From NCBI GenBank assembly GCA_027001995.1, contig JALTLO010000066.1, positions 1-54,551 on the forward strand: a DNA stretch of 54,551 bases, in the 5' to 3' direction. How positions within the stretch are numbered: the first letter of the stretch is position 1; every line of letters starts with the position of its first letter. The notes beneath the pieces are model-generated. The model did not search any database. It saw only the letters and a list, made by a program, of their open reading frames with translations, and was not told where the DNA came from. Shown here in pieces: positions 28,987 through 38,295 of this stretch. Made by a program: the position numbers and the translations under genes. Source of the DNA: Planctomycetota bacterium. GTDB taxonomy: Bacteria > Planctomycetota > GCA-002687715 > DRQF01.

Positions 28987-29017
28987 CTAATCCGACTGAT
29001 TCATGAGATCGCCGTCG
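28987..29017 (-). repeat. Isolated terminal-repeat remnant of the MITE-like element
   Basis: CTAA-TCCGACTGATTCATGAGATCGCCGTCG resembles the reverse complement of the element right end (CCCGACTAATTCATGAGATCGTGGTCG) plus its TTAG flank. Confidence 0.6.
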
Positions 29018-29037
29018 CGAGGTCGAGGAGTATTCAG

Positions 29038-31062
29038 TTAGTCTTCGACAAAGGGGATACTTAAGATGACAGTTGTGCCAGCGTTGACTTTGCTCTCAAT
29101 GCTCAATTCACCGCCATAACCTTCAATTGTCTTCTTGCAAATCGCCAAGCCCAAGCCAGTGCCAGAACTGCGGGTGGTGAAGTAGGGTTCAAAGAGTCGT
29201 TCAGAGATGTTGTCGTCGATCCCTTTGCCTGTGTCAGTAATGCGAATATCAAGACGACCCGGTTTGTCACCTTCCTTGAAGCGGAAGACGCTCACAGAGA
29301 CCATGCCACCATCCGGCATGGCTTCGAAAGCATTGTTGAAGAGATTGAAGAACACCCTCATAATTTCATCGCGATCAATGTTGAGGATGACATCCGTGTC
29401 CAAAAACGATTCTAACTTGACGTCGATACCTGATGATTCTTTGTTTGAATAGAGCTGGACGCATTCTTTGATCAATTCCAAGGCGCTGTGATGTTTGCGT
29501 TCCGTTTTCGGGAAGGCAGCATAGTTCGAAAAGTTGGAGGCAATTTTTCGTAATGAGTCAGCTTGGGTGACAATGTTGTGAACGCTTTCTTTCAGGATAT
29601 TTTCGAAATCTGGGTGCTTGTCTATGTAAGCGCGATGGACTAATTGAGCGGACAGCTTGATGGGCGTCAATGGGTTCTTGATCTCATGGGCCACTTGGTT
29701 GGCCATCTCCCGCCAAGCTGCTGTTTTCTCGGCTTGAATTAGTCTCTTGTTCGAAACCTTCAGGTCTTCGGCCATCTTGTTGAAGGAATCGCCCAAGAGG
29801 CCGATTTCGTCTTGAGTTTCGATTTCAACACGAGCGTCTAAGTTGCCCTTGGCAATTTCATTGGTCTGCTGAATCAGCACGCGGATGGGACGTGTAATGC
29901 GACGGGAGCTGACTGCGATCAAAATGATGATGATACCGGCGACCAAGAGGCCAGCGATAAACATGACCTTGCCCATTTGGTAGGTGGCTTTCAGGTAGTC
30001 GTCTTCATCGATGCCGAAGCCTAATTGCCACCCTGTCGCTCGAACGGGAGCGAATGCCGCGACTTTTTCCTTACGGTACTTGTAGTGGGTGCTGCCACGA
30101 TGTCCCTCGGCCTTGAGCATGGCCGATCGCAATTTGTCTAAACCATGATCTTCGACCAGACGGCTGGAATAGAGGCTCAGGTATCTGTGGGCAATCACCG
30201 TGTTGAAATCGGTGTTAAAAAGGAAGGTATAACCGGAACTGAATTGGATGTCGTCTCCTTCGAAATCTTCATTGACCCGGTCGAGCAAGTCTTGGATCGA
30301 TCGCCAATTGAAGAACACAACCAAGATCGCTTGGGTGATCTCACCTCCGACGATGTCCTCGCGACTAAACTCGGAGAGAGGAATACCCTTGGTGAATCCG
30401 AAGGAATAGGCCTCCGGGTTTTTTTGCCGTTCACTATCGACTTGGTCTGATTCTTCATCTAGAAACTTAGGATAACCGTAGGCCTCACGTATGAGAGGTT
30501 CGGTTCCCCAGTCAATGACGGCAGACTGGCCGGTGGCGGCCTTATCCCACCATTTTCGCGATCGCAAGTTTATGCCCGCCAGTGGATTGCTTTCATCGTC
30601 GGTGAACAGGCGAAAATCGGCGGTTCCTTCTAGCTTGCCGCTACGGACGTCTTCTCTCCTGCGATTACTGGTGACGAGAATGTTTCCCTCTAAGTCAATG
30701 ACGGCCAAAAGGTCGGCGTTACCCATGATCTCAATTGAGTTGTTGAGGTCAGTACGAATGCGCCCCAATGCCATTTGATAAGCTGTTTCGTTCGGCTGCC
30801 GGACGGAAAGTTCGTAGACGTTCTTGCGCAGGTTGCTGGAACGGGCCAAAAGCTCAGTGCCGTTCTGCATACTCTTGAGGGAGGTTTCCAAGTTGATGGA
30901 AGTGTCTCGTGTCACCCGCTTGACGAAACGTTCGACATAGGTTTCTGCCATGGTGTCGCGGGCTACGAAGTAGGCGGTCACCCCTACTAAGGTCATCGGC
31001 ACGATGCCCAAGAGCAAGAAAACGAATGCAAGTTTGAACGAGAGGCTACGGGGTATTCTCAA
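29038..31062 (-). CDS. Sensor histidine kinase (Cache-like periplasmic region, HAMP, NtrY-type HisKA, HATPase)
   Basis: Two TMs, HAMP DEIGLL..SFN.M, AAWREMA.QVAHEIKNPLTPI, NLF.NA, DTGKG, FEPYFTT, GTGLGL. Confidence 0.93.
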   Translation of the reverse strand: MRIPRSLSFKLAFVFLLLGIVPMTLVGVTAYFVARDTMAETYVERFVKRVTRDTSINLETSLKSMQNGTELLARSSNLRKNVYELSVRQPNETAYQMALGRIRTDLNNSIEIMGNADLLAVIDLEGNILVTSNRRREDVRSGKLEGTADFRLFTDDESNPLAGINLRSRKWWDKAATGQSAVIDWGTEPLIREAYGYPKFLDEESDQVDSERQKNPEAYSFGFTKGIPLSEFSREDIVGGEITQAILVVFFNWRSIQDLLDRVNEDFEGDDIQFSSGYTFLFNTDFNTVIAHRYLSLYSSRLVEDHGLDKLRSAMLKAEGHRGSTHYKYRKEKVAAFAPVRATGWQLGFGIDEDDYLKATYQMGKVMFIAGLLVAGIIIILIAVSSRRITRPIRVLIQQTNEIAKGNLDARVEIETQDEIGLLGDSFNKMAEDLKVSNKRLIQAEKTAAWREMANQVAHEIKNPLTPIKLSAQLVHRAYIDKHPDFENILKESVHNIVTQADSLRKIASNFSNYAAFPKTERKHHSALELIKECVQLYSNKESSGIDVKLESFLDTDVILNIDRDEIMRVFFNLFNNAFEAMPDGGMVSVSVFRFKEGDKPGRLDIRITDTGKGIDDNISERLFEPYFTTRSSGTGLGLAICKKTIEGYGGELSIESKVNAGTTVILSIPFVED

Positions 31063-31063
31063 T

Positions 31064-32590
31064 CTATTCGTCCTCGAGTGCTTCTATCCTTGGGAAAAGA
31101 GGTGAGACTTTCTCAAGTTGTGTCCCGGCGGCGAGAGCACCAAAGTTAGCATCCTCAAGGGTCAACCCGGAAAGGGGTTTGTTGACCACGAGAGACTTCT
31201 GCAACGCCATCATCTTTTCGGGCATGAAGGGTGCCAGAAGAACGCCAGCGCAACGGCAGCTTTCTAGAAGGTCATAGAGAACACGATCTAAACGTTCGCT
31301 TTTCTCCGGGTCTTTTGCCAACGCCCAAGGTGCTTCCTCGTCCACTAATTGATTGGCACGGACCACGATAGACATAGCAGCTTCTGCGCCTTGCCTCAGT
31401 TTGAGTTCGCTCATGCAAGTGGTGTACTCAGTTTTCGCAGCATCAATGGTGTCAGCTACCAGGGACGATCCTGAAACCTCGGGGACGATGCCATCGCGGT
31501 ATTTGCAGAGCATGGAGACGGAGCGGGAAAGTAGATTGCCCAAGCCATTGGCCAAGTCCGAATTGGCCCGTACCAGCAAACGGTCAGTGCCATATTCCAG
31601 GTCTTTGCCAAAGGAAGCCTCGATCATCAAATAGTAACGAAGGGCGTCTGCGCCGAAATGCTGGGCAAGTTGTTTCGGATCAGCGCTCTTGCCCCCGCTT
31701 TTGGACATCTTGTCTTTGCCCATGTTGACGAAACCGTGTCCAAAGATTTTCTTGGGCAGGGGCAGGCCAGCGCTTTTCAACATGGCTGGCCAAATGATGC
31801 AATGAAAGCGGGTGATATCTTTGCCAATGACATGGAGGTTGGCTGGCCAAAGATCATCGAAACGGCTGTCTTTTGCGGGCCATCCTGTACCTGAGATGTA
31901 GTTGATGAGAGCATCAAACCAAACGTAGACGACAGCTTCCGGATCGAAGGGGACAGGGACGCCCCAGTTAGCAGACTCCCGAGAGATGCTTATGTCCTTG
32001 AGCCCGCCCTTGAGGAATTCCAAGAGTTCGTTGCGTCGAACATCGGGTTGGACAAAGTCTGGATTGTTCTCGTAGAGGTCGAGCAAGAAATCTTCGTATT
32101 TGGACAGGCGAAAATGGTGGTTCTTTTCTTTGAGCCAAGCCAACTCCCGTCCAGGATGGTCTGGGCACTTTTCGTCGACCACATCACCCTCGTTCTTGAA
32201 TGCCTCGCAACCATGGCAATACCAGCCCTCATAATCGGCTTGATAAACATCACCATTAGCCTGGATGCGATTGAGCATTTCACCCACAGCAGCTTTGTGG
32301 CGATCTTCAGTGGTGCGAATGAAATCATCGAACTCAATGTTGAGAGAACCCCAAACATCGCGAAAAACAGCTTCCATCTGGTCGCAGTGTTCCTTGGAGG
32401 AGAGCCCTTTTTCTGTAGCTGCTTGTTCAACTTTCAAGCTATGCTCGTCGTTGCCCATGAGGAAGTAGACATCTTCCCCTGCCAGACGATGAAATCGAGC
32501 GATGACATCGGCGGCGATTTTCTCGTAGGCCGTGCCTAAATGGGGGTGGCTGTTGACGTAATCAATGGCTGTGGTGATGTAGTAGGTCAT
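31064..32590 (-). CDS. metG: Methionine--tRNA ligase (short form)
   Basis: YYITTAIDYVN..PHLG, G.DEH, YVWFDAL, GKDI.RFH, KMSKS. Confidence 0.98.
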   Translation of the reverse strand: MTYYITTAIDYVNSHPHLGTAYEKIAADVIARFHRLAGEDVYFLMGNDEHSLKVEQAATEKGLSSKEHCDQMEAVFRDVWGSLNIEFDDFIRTTEDRHKAAVGEMLNRIQANGDVYQADYEGWYCHGCEAFKNEGDVVDEKCPDHPGRELAWLKEKNHHFRLSKYEDFLLDLYENNPDFVQPDVRRNELLEFLKGGLKDISISRESANWGVPVPFDPEAVVYVWFDALINYISGTGWPAKDSRFDDLWPANLHVIGKDITRFHCIIWPAMLKSAGLPLPKKIFGHGFVNMGKDKMSKSGGKSADPKQLAQHFGADALRYYLMIEASFGKDLEYGTDRLLVRANSDLANGLGNLLSRSVSMLCKYRDGIVPEVSGSSLVADTIDAAKTEYTTCMSELKLRQGAEAAMSIVVRANQLVDEEAPWALAKDPEKSERLDRVLYDLLESCRCAGVLLAPFMPEKMMALQKSLVVNKPLSGLTLEDANFGALAAGTQLEKVSPLFPRIEALEDE

Positions 32591-32782
32591 TCCGTGAGCG
32601 TCTTCCGTTTCGCCGCTGAATCTTCTTTTTGTTGGTCCGGGTCAGTACCGTGGGGCCAATTGGCTATAGTCTAACTTGTTGGGAGAGCATTCTCACCATA
32701 TGGGGCAAGAATTGACGACTCCCCAGGCCCTGGGGCAGAATAGCGGGACGAAGCCGATCATGGGAATAAGGGAGAGACTTGA

Positions 32783-33271
32783 ATGGAACGATCAGCGGTC
32801 TATGCCGGCAGCTTCGATCCGCCAACACGGGGTCATTTAGACATCATTCAGCGTGGTCTTGGGCTTTTCGACCGGCTGGTTGTAGCAGTTGGCAAGAACA
32901 TCGGTAAGAATCCGCTTTTTTCCGCTGCTGAACGCATTGCCATGATTCGTGAGGAATTCCCCCATGAGAATCGGCTCACAGTAGTGGATTTTGACGGTTT
33001 GGCTGTTTCCTTTGCCCGCAAGCACGGAGCCAAGATCTTGCTGCGTGGAATTCGCTCCCTTTCGGATTTTGAATCGGAGTTTCAAATGGCTCTGACGAAC
33101 AATTCCTTGGATCAGGAAATCGAAACGGTTTTCTTGGCACCCAGTGAAGCCTTTGCCTTTGTGTCGAGCCGTTTGGTCAAAGAAATTGTCATGGCCGACG
33201 GCGACGTGAGCCGGTTCTTGACCCCCAAGGTCGCAGAAGCACTCAAGAAAAGAATGTTGGAAAATCAATGA
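32783..33271 (+). CDS. coaD: Phosphopantetheine adenylyltransferase
   Basis: YAGSFDP.T.GH, RGIR..SDFE.E, SS.LVKE. Confidence 0.97.
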   Translation: MERSAVYAGSFDPPTRGHLDIIQRGLGLFDRLVVAVGKNIGKNPLFSAAERIAMIREEFPHENRLTVVDFDGLAVSFARKHGAKILLRGIRSLSDFESEFQMALTNNSLDQEIETVFLAPSEAFAFVSSRLVKEIVMADGDVSRFLTPKVAEALKKRMLENQ

Positions 33272-33657
33272 CATCGAAAAAGCCAGTGAGCACAAAATCT
33301 GCTCCTCAAGCCATCGGCCCTTATTCCCAAGCAGTCCTATGTGACGGTTGGCTCTATTGCTCGGGCCAAGTCGCCCTTGACCCGGAGTCCGGTGTCATGA
33401 TTGAAGGAGGTGTCCAAGCCCAAGCAAGGCAGGCTCTGGAGAACCTTGCTGCTGTTCTGGAGGAGGGGGGGTGTGCCTTCTCGGATGTGGTGAAGGTTTC
33501 CGTCTTCCTGAAAGACTTAGAAGATTTTGGGGCCGTCAATGAAATCTATGGGCAGTTCTTTTCTGCGCCTTACCCCGCCCGGGCTTGCGTTGAGGTGGCC
33601 CGCTTGCCGAAGGACGCTTTGGTTGAACTAGACTGTGTGGCCAAATTGCCGAGCTGA
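33268..33657 (+). CDS. ridA: RidA/YjgF reactive imine deaminase
   Basis: APQAIGPYSQA, SGQ, N.IY..FF...PAR..VEV..LP. Confidence 0.93.
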   Translation: MTSKKPVSTKSAPQAIGPYSQAVLCDGWLYCSGQVALDPESGVMIEGGVQAQARQALENLAAVLEEGGCAFSDVVKVSVFLKDLEDFGAVNEIYGQFFSAPYPARACVEVARLPKDALVELDCVAKLPS

Positions 33658-33658
33658 C

Positions 33659-35482
33659 TTACTCACGACCTTGGGGGTTGATACGGGCGATAAGGCCCTC
33701 TATTTGAGTGCGGATGGAACCGATTGAAGGGAGGTAACTCAATTGCCTTTGACACAAGGCCATGAGAACCCCCTTATCCAAGACTCCTCGATCAGTCATG
33801 TATGACAGCTGGATCAAAATCTTGAGCGCGGTCTCTTGCTGATCCCCGTGTTGGCATTTCTTGAGGGCTTCCCGCCAGTACATTTCTGCCCAATCATCCT
33901 GTCCTTGGCGAGCACAAGCCGCTCCCAAGAACCATCTAGAATCGATATCGAAGTCATCAGTGTTTCGACCCTCAGTGAAGGCGATCTGGGCACCGTCTCT
34001 ATCTCCAGCTTTGAGCAAGGTGCGTCCTCTTAGGGCTGACAAGCCGACAAGAGTGGGACGCTCTGTTTGCAAGATAGTCAGAAGTTCTTGGCAACGGGAG
34101 ACACTTCCCCCCCGCTTGAGCTCGATCAATAGGGCCTGTTTCACCAATCGTTGGTCAGGACCCGCAGCGTCGATGGCTTTGGTGAGTAGGGCTTGAGGAG
34201 ATTTTCTAGCCAATTCTGAGCCCACGGCTGCCTCTTCTATTTCCTTGAGTTCATGGGCCCAATAAGTTGGTCCCGGTGTTCCGGGAAGGGATGCCAACAA
34301 GATGTCTTCATGACGCCAAGCGAGGGAACGGAGGGTGCATAGAAATAGGATGAGTACGGGCAAGGCGTAAGCAAGGCGTTTTCGTCCGGCTAAAGCACGG
34401 GCCCAGGAGAAAGGAAGGACAAGCAAGAACGGAATGCTGAATGAGGAGCCGAAGAAGGTCAGCTGGGATGGCAGAGAGCCTGCCAACATAGGGGATTGGA
34501 AGAGAGCTCCGATGAAGAAAATGAAACATCCCAAAGTGGGGAGGGGGTAGGTCTTGCGATGTCGCCAAGCGACGTAACATAGAAGTCCCAAGACAAGGAA
34601 TCCACCTATGGACCACAGAGCGCCGCTCAGTTGAATGAGGTTGGCACTCGGGTCCGGAGTCATTGCTTGGGGTAAAAGCAAAAGAGCCGGGAAAGCCAAC
34701 CCCATAACACTCATGCTCGAAGCAAGGTTGCCAAGAAGACTTCCAGAATCTAAGAAACGATCGTAGGCGTTCGGCCACAACGAGCCGGTGCATATCCACT
34801 GGAGAAGGAAAACAACCGTGGCCCCAGCAAGAATCGCCCGCTTGGAATTCAGGCTTGGTTGTGGAGTCAATCTCAGGCTTGCCAGAACAAAAGGGATAAT
34901 CCCCCAAGCAAGAGCCGCCTTTTGGCTCAGACCGGCGAAGACAAAAAGAGAAAAAATGATCCAGGATCTCTTAGGGGACTTGGAGGACTGCAAGATCAAG
35001 AGGAGAGCGGCGAGAGCAAAAAGGTGTCCCATAAGGGGGGCTCGTCCTGGCAAAGTTGCCAACACCTCAACATGGGTGGGATGGATGGCGAATACGGCAA
35101 CAACCAAGAATCCAGTCCATTTGGAGACCTTCAGAAACTCCATTAGGCGCAGGAGCAGCAGGGAAATCAAGTAGAACAGGACTATGTTGAAGAGACGGGG
35201 GATGAGGGCAGCATGATCCTCAGGTTCTTGGCCCAGACCTACCATGAGGGTCAGCGCCGGAAGTGGCTGGTAGGTGGCTGAATTGGGAGGAGTGGAGCGA
35301 AGAAAAAGATCTTCAGCCCCCACTTGACCCGATAGGGCAGGCTCACGATTGACCAGGGTTAGGTCTTTCCACACCAGTTCACCCCACATGAGGGGGCCAA
35401 ATGCCAAAATAAAGACAGCCACAAGCAAAACCGGCGGGGTCTGCAAAAAGGGTGGAATCCTGATTTTCGATTTAACATCCAT
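33659..35482 (-). CDS. TMTC-like (GT-C) membrane protein with C-terminal TPRs
   Basis: YQPL, FAIHP.HVE......GR, multiple TMs, R...W then TPR-like helices. Confidence 0.65.
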   Translation of the reverse strand: MDVKSKIRIPPFLQTPPVLLVAVFILAFGPLMWGELVWKDLTLVNREPALSGQVGAEDLFLRSTPPNSATYQPLPALTLMVGLGQEPEDHAALIPRLFNIVLFYLISLLLLRLMEFLKVSKWTGFLVVAVFAIHPTHVEVLATLPGRAPLMGHLFALAALLLILQSSKSPKRSWIIFSLFVFAGLSQKAALAWGIIPFVLASLRLTPQPSLNSKRAILAGATVVFLLQWICTGSLWPNAYDRFLDSGSLLGNLASSMSVMGLAFPALLLLPQAMTPDPSANLIQLSGALWSIGGFLVLGLLCYVAWRHRKTYPLPTLGCFIFFIGALFQSPMLAGSLPSQLTFFGSSFSIPFLLVLPFSWARALAGRKRLAYALPVLILFLCTLRSLAWRHEDILLASLPGTPGPTYWAHELKEIEEAAVGSELARKSPQALLTKAIDAAGPDQRLVKQALLIELKRGGSVSRCQELLTILQTERPTLVGLSALRGRTLLKAGDRDGAQIAFTEGRNTDDFDIDSRWFLGAACARQGQDDWAEMYWREALKKCQHGDQQETALKILIQLSYMTDRGVLDKGVLMALCQRQLSYLPSIGSIRTQIEGLIARINPQGRE

Positions 35483-35748
35483 GAGGAAAAGAGCTTAACG
35501 AATCGGGCTAAACTTGCAGGATAAATCGACGGCCGTGAGTAGGAGTTTACAATTTGTTTTGGTTTTGCCTATCCCGCCTTTGACCCTGCTGAGTGAGTGA
35601 TGATTGAGTGGAGATCGGGTTCTCTGCAACCCTAGGAGTCTCAGGGTCGCGGATGATGCACAGCATCCAACTTTGCTGGTTGGGGTGGCAAGAATCATGG
35701 GGCTTCCTATACTAGCCAAGTGCTCGAACATCCATTGAGAGAAAAACA

Positions 35749-36789
35749 ATGCCGATTTGTCCTAAATGTGAAACAGAATACCGCGATGGCTTTGATGTGT
35801 GTTTCGACTGCTCCGTGGAGTTGGTTGAGACGATTAGCCGACCGGAGTCTTTGGACACAGTGGAAGAGGACTTTGCTGCGGAGATGTTTGCATCTCCGGA
35901 AGAACCTGTACGCATCTGTTTGAATTGTTTGGTTGAATTTGCTCCGGAAGCCAGAATCTGCCCTCCCTGTGGTGATAGGCCCTTGGAGACAACCACACGG
36001 GACGCCTATGAGGGGATTCTCAAACACAGCCCCCTCAAACCGTATCGGGAAATCGAGAAGTCGGAAGCACCTCGTGATGTGACTTGTGTCTTTGTAGCCC
36101 ACAATCCTGCGGATGCCGGCTTCGCCATGGCGAGTTTGGAGGGGATGGGTGTCGAGGCCATTTTGGGGGAAGACAGTTTTGATGAGGTAGAAGATCCATC
36201 TCATGTGGGTGTTTGGGTCAAGAACGAAGACGTGGAGGCCTGTTCCATGATTCTTCCTGAAGATCCCAATGAGTGGCGAGATGACGAGGGTATCACCAGC
36301 GAGGATCCTTACGCCGCCCTGGTTCATTCTGCCAATACCTACGCTGAGATCGGCAAGAGGAATCACGCCATCGCCCTTTGTTCTCAGGCCATGGAGATGA
36401 ATAACGATCGTCCGGAAGCCTTCTTTTCTCTGGGGCGTATTGTTGGTGGCCAAGGACTTGTGACCCACGCCCATGAAAGTTTTCGCGCGGCGGTGGAACG
36501 TTCGAGCCAGGGCGCATTCGGAACAGCGGCGTGGTTGTTGGTGGTCTACGGATTCTTGACAGAGGATCGGGAGGTTTCATTCACGGGGCCAAAAGCTGAC
36601 GAGGCGCTGGCCCTGTTGAAGGCTCACAGTGAAGGCAACCCCAGGAGCATGGAGGCTATGCGCTTACTCTTGGAAGCTTGCTATGCCCGGGGTGAGAAAG
36701 CCAATGTGGCCGCTGTACGCGAGCGTATCCAGAAGGTGAATCGCTGGGTTTTAGAGGCCGATGGCCCCCATCAATCCATGCGCTTCTAA
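35749..36789 (+). CDS. Zinc-ribbon / DUF2007-like / TPR protein
   Basis: CPKC..EY..GF.VC.DC and C..C...C..C motifs; A......LE..GVEA segment; TPR-like helices. Confidence 0.7.
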   Translation: MPICPKCETEYRDGFDVCFDCSVELVETISRPESLDTVEEDFAAEMFASPEEPVRICLNCLVEFAPEARICPPCGDRPLETTTRDAYEGILKHSPLKPYREIEKSEAPRDVTCVFVAHNPADAGFAMASLEGMGVEAILGEDSFDEVEDPSHVGVWVKNEDVEACSMILPEDPNEWRDDEGITSEDPYAALVHSANTYAEIGKRNHAIALCSQAMEMNNDRPEAFFSLGRIVGGQGLVTHAHESFRAAVERSSQGAFGTAAWLLVVYGFLTEDREVSFTGPKADEALALLKAHSEGNPRSMEAMRLLLEACYARGEKANVAAVRERIQKVNRWVLEADGPHQSMRF

Positions 36790-36842
36790 GCCCTCATTCT
36801 TTGTGACCCTGTGGGTTGCTGTTGCTCGTCTTTTTTTCTTGA

Positions 36843-37871
36843 CTACTTGCTCTTGATCCAAGCTTCGATGAGCTTGATGCCTTCCATGTCGGGGACTGTC
36901 GACAGCTCATCAGGCATACGGAAGTCACTCACTGTTCGCATGCGACGGACAAGCTTTGAGCGCCTTGGCTTTCCGGGATATACAACTCCGGCAGTCATTT
37001 CGAAGTCTTTGTTCAGACGAAGCATGCCCGTTTTGTGCATGGGCGTATCAAAGCGCAAATCAAGCGTTCCACTGCCATTACCCTCGGGAACGTGGCAGGT
37101 GCCGCAGTTGACGTCCAAATAGCTTCGGGCACGGGCGTCCAATTTGAGTGATTTGTCTTTGTAGTCGACTTGCTTGGGAAGACCTTCCAGGCTCTTGGGG
37201 AGCCCATCCAAAATACCGATATTCTTGAAGTGCAAGAGTTGGTTGATTTTCTTGCCCTTGATGGTGACGTCCATATTGAGCTGGGATGTTTTGGCACCCA
37301 GGATAAGCGACGAAGTCTTGTCGTGGCAACGAAAACAGCGGAGGTCAGGGGTGAGCTTCCAAACTTGAGTACTGTGACCGTAATTGGCGAAGAATTCATA
37401 GCCATCTTTGTGACGGGTTGCGTCTTTTTGGTCTTCGTCCCAGGCGTAACTGGCAAAGGTGAGATTCTTGCCGTTTTTCTCCAACATGCGTGTTTCAAGA
37501 TAGAGGCGGTCACCTTCTTCTTCGATGTAGATGGTGAACATGAAGCGCGTACCTTGGGGGAAATCCCAGGTACCATCTTTCTTGAAGCCAATCTTCTTGC
37601 CTTTGGGCACCAGAATGAATCGTTCTTTGTGACCGCCATCCGTCCACAGAGGGGCCCGCACCTCATAGGGGATCAGGTCGGAAGAAAGAATTTTCTTCGC
37701 CGTGGACTGATAGAATCCAGTTTGGGAAAGTTTCTTTGGCAAGTTGTCAACTTGCTGCTTTTGTTCTTCGACCTCTTCGTCTTGAAAGGCATTGACGGCG
37801 TTTGACGGTGCCAAGAGTACAATGGATAGAGTCCCCAACAAGAGAAGGGCTGAGAGGAGGCGGATCATCAT
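36843..37871 (-). CDS. Exported diheme c-type cytochrome (SO2930-like)
   Basis: Signal peptide; LP..LS.TG, PLWTDG..K.RFI..P, ETR; heme motifs CFRCH and CGTCH; RMP. Confidence 0.82.
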   Translation of the reverse strand: MMIRLLSALLLLGTLSIVLLAPSNAVNAFQDEEVEEQKQQVDNLPKKLSQTGFYQSTAKKILSSDLIPYEVRAPLWTDGGHKERFILVPKGKKIGFKKDGTWDFPQGTRFMFTIYIEEEGDRLYLETRMLEKNGKNLTFASYAWDEDQKDATRHKDGYEFFANYGHSTQVWKLTPDLRCFRCHDKTSSLILGAKTSQLNMDVTIKGKKINQLLHFKNIGILDGLPKSLEGLPKQVDYKDKSLKLDARARSYLDVNCGTCHVPEGNGSGTLDLRFDTPMHKTGMLRLNKDFEMTAGVVYPGKPRRSKLVRRMRTVSDFRMPDELSTVPDMEGIKLIEAWIKSK

Positions 37872-37932
37872 GTTTCTTCATTTCCAGAAAAATACTTCAG
37901 TGGGCCCATCTTACCAGGGATCACAGGGTTAG

Positions 37933-38200
37933 CCCGAATAATTCACGACCTCGGGGCCGCCAGGGGGGGCATAGCGCCCGTACTTTGCATCAGTCGCCCC
38001 TCACGACCACGTGGTCGCATTAACTAAAAGAAGATCTCACAGATTACCCACCTGAGGCCCCAATCCTGGTTATGACTACGAACGCTTTGCCACCCCTGGC
38101 CGTGTTGTGTTTTGAAAAGAAGTCTGAAGAACGGTTGGTCTGAGGTTTCTTTGCGGGGCATTTTCTTACCCAACGACCTCGATCTCATGAATTAGCCGGG
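37933..38200. mobile_element. 268-bp MITE-like element, copy 2
   Basis: Same length as copy 1; TIRs CCCGAATAATTCA.../...TGAATTAGCCGGG; perfect TTAG direct repeats at 37929-37932 and 38201-38204. Confidence 0.85.
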
Positions 38201-38295
38201 TTAGAAAGAGCACTGGAATTTCTCCCGATGATGCCCCCACGAAAAGGCCGGAGGGCTTTGGACATCCGTACCCCGAGAACGACATAATGCCTCCC

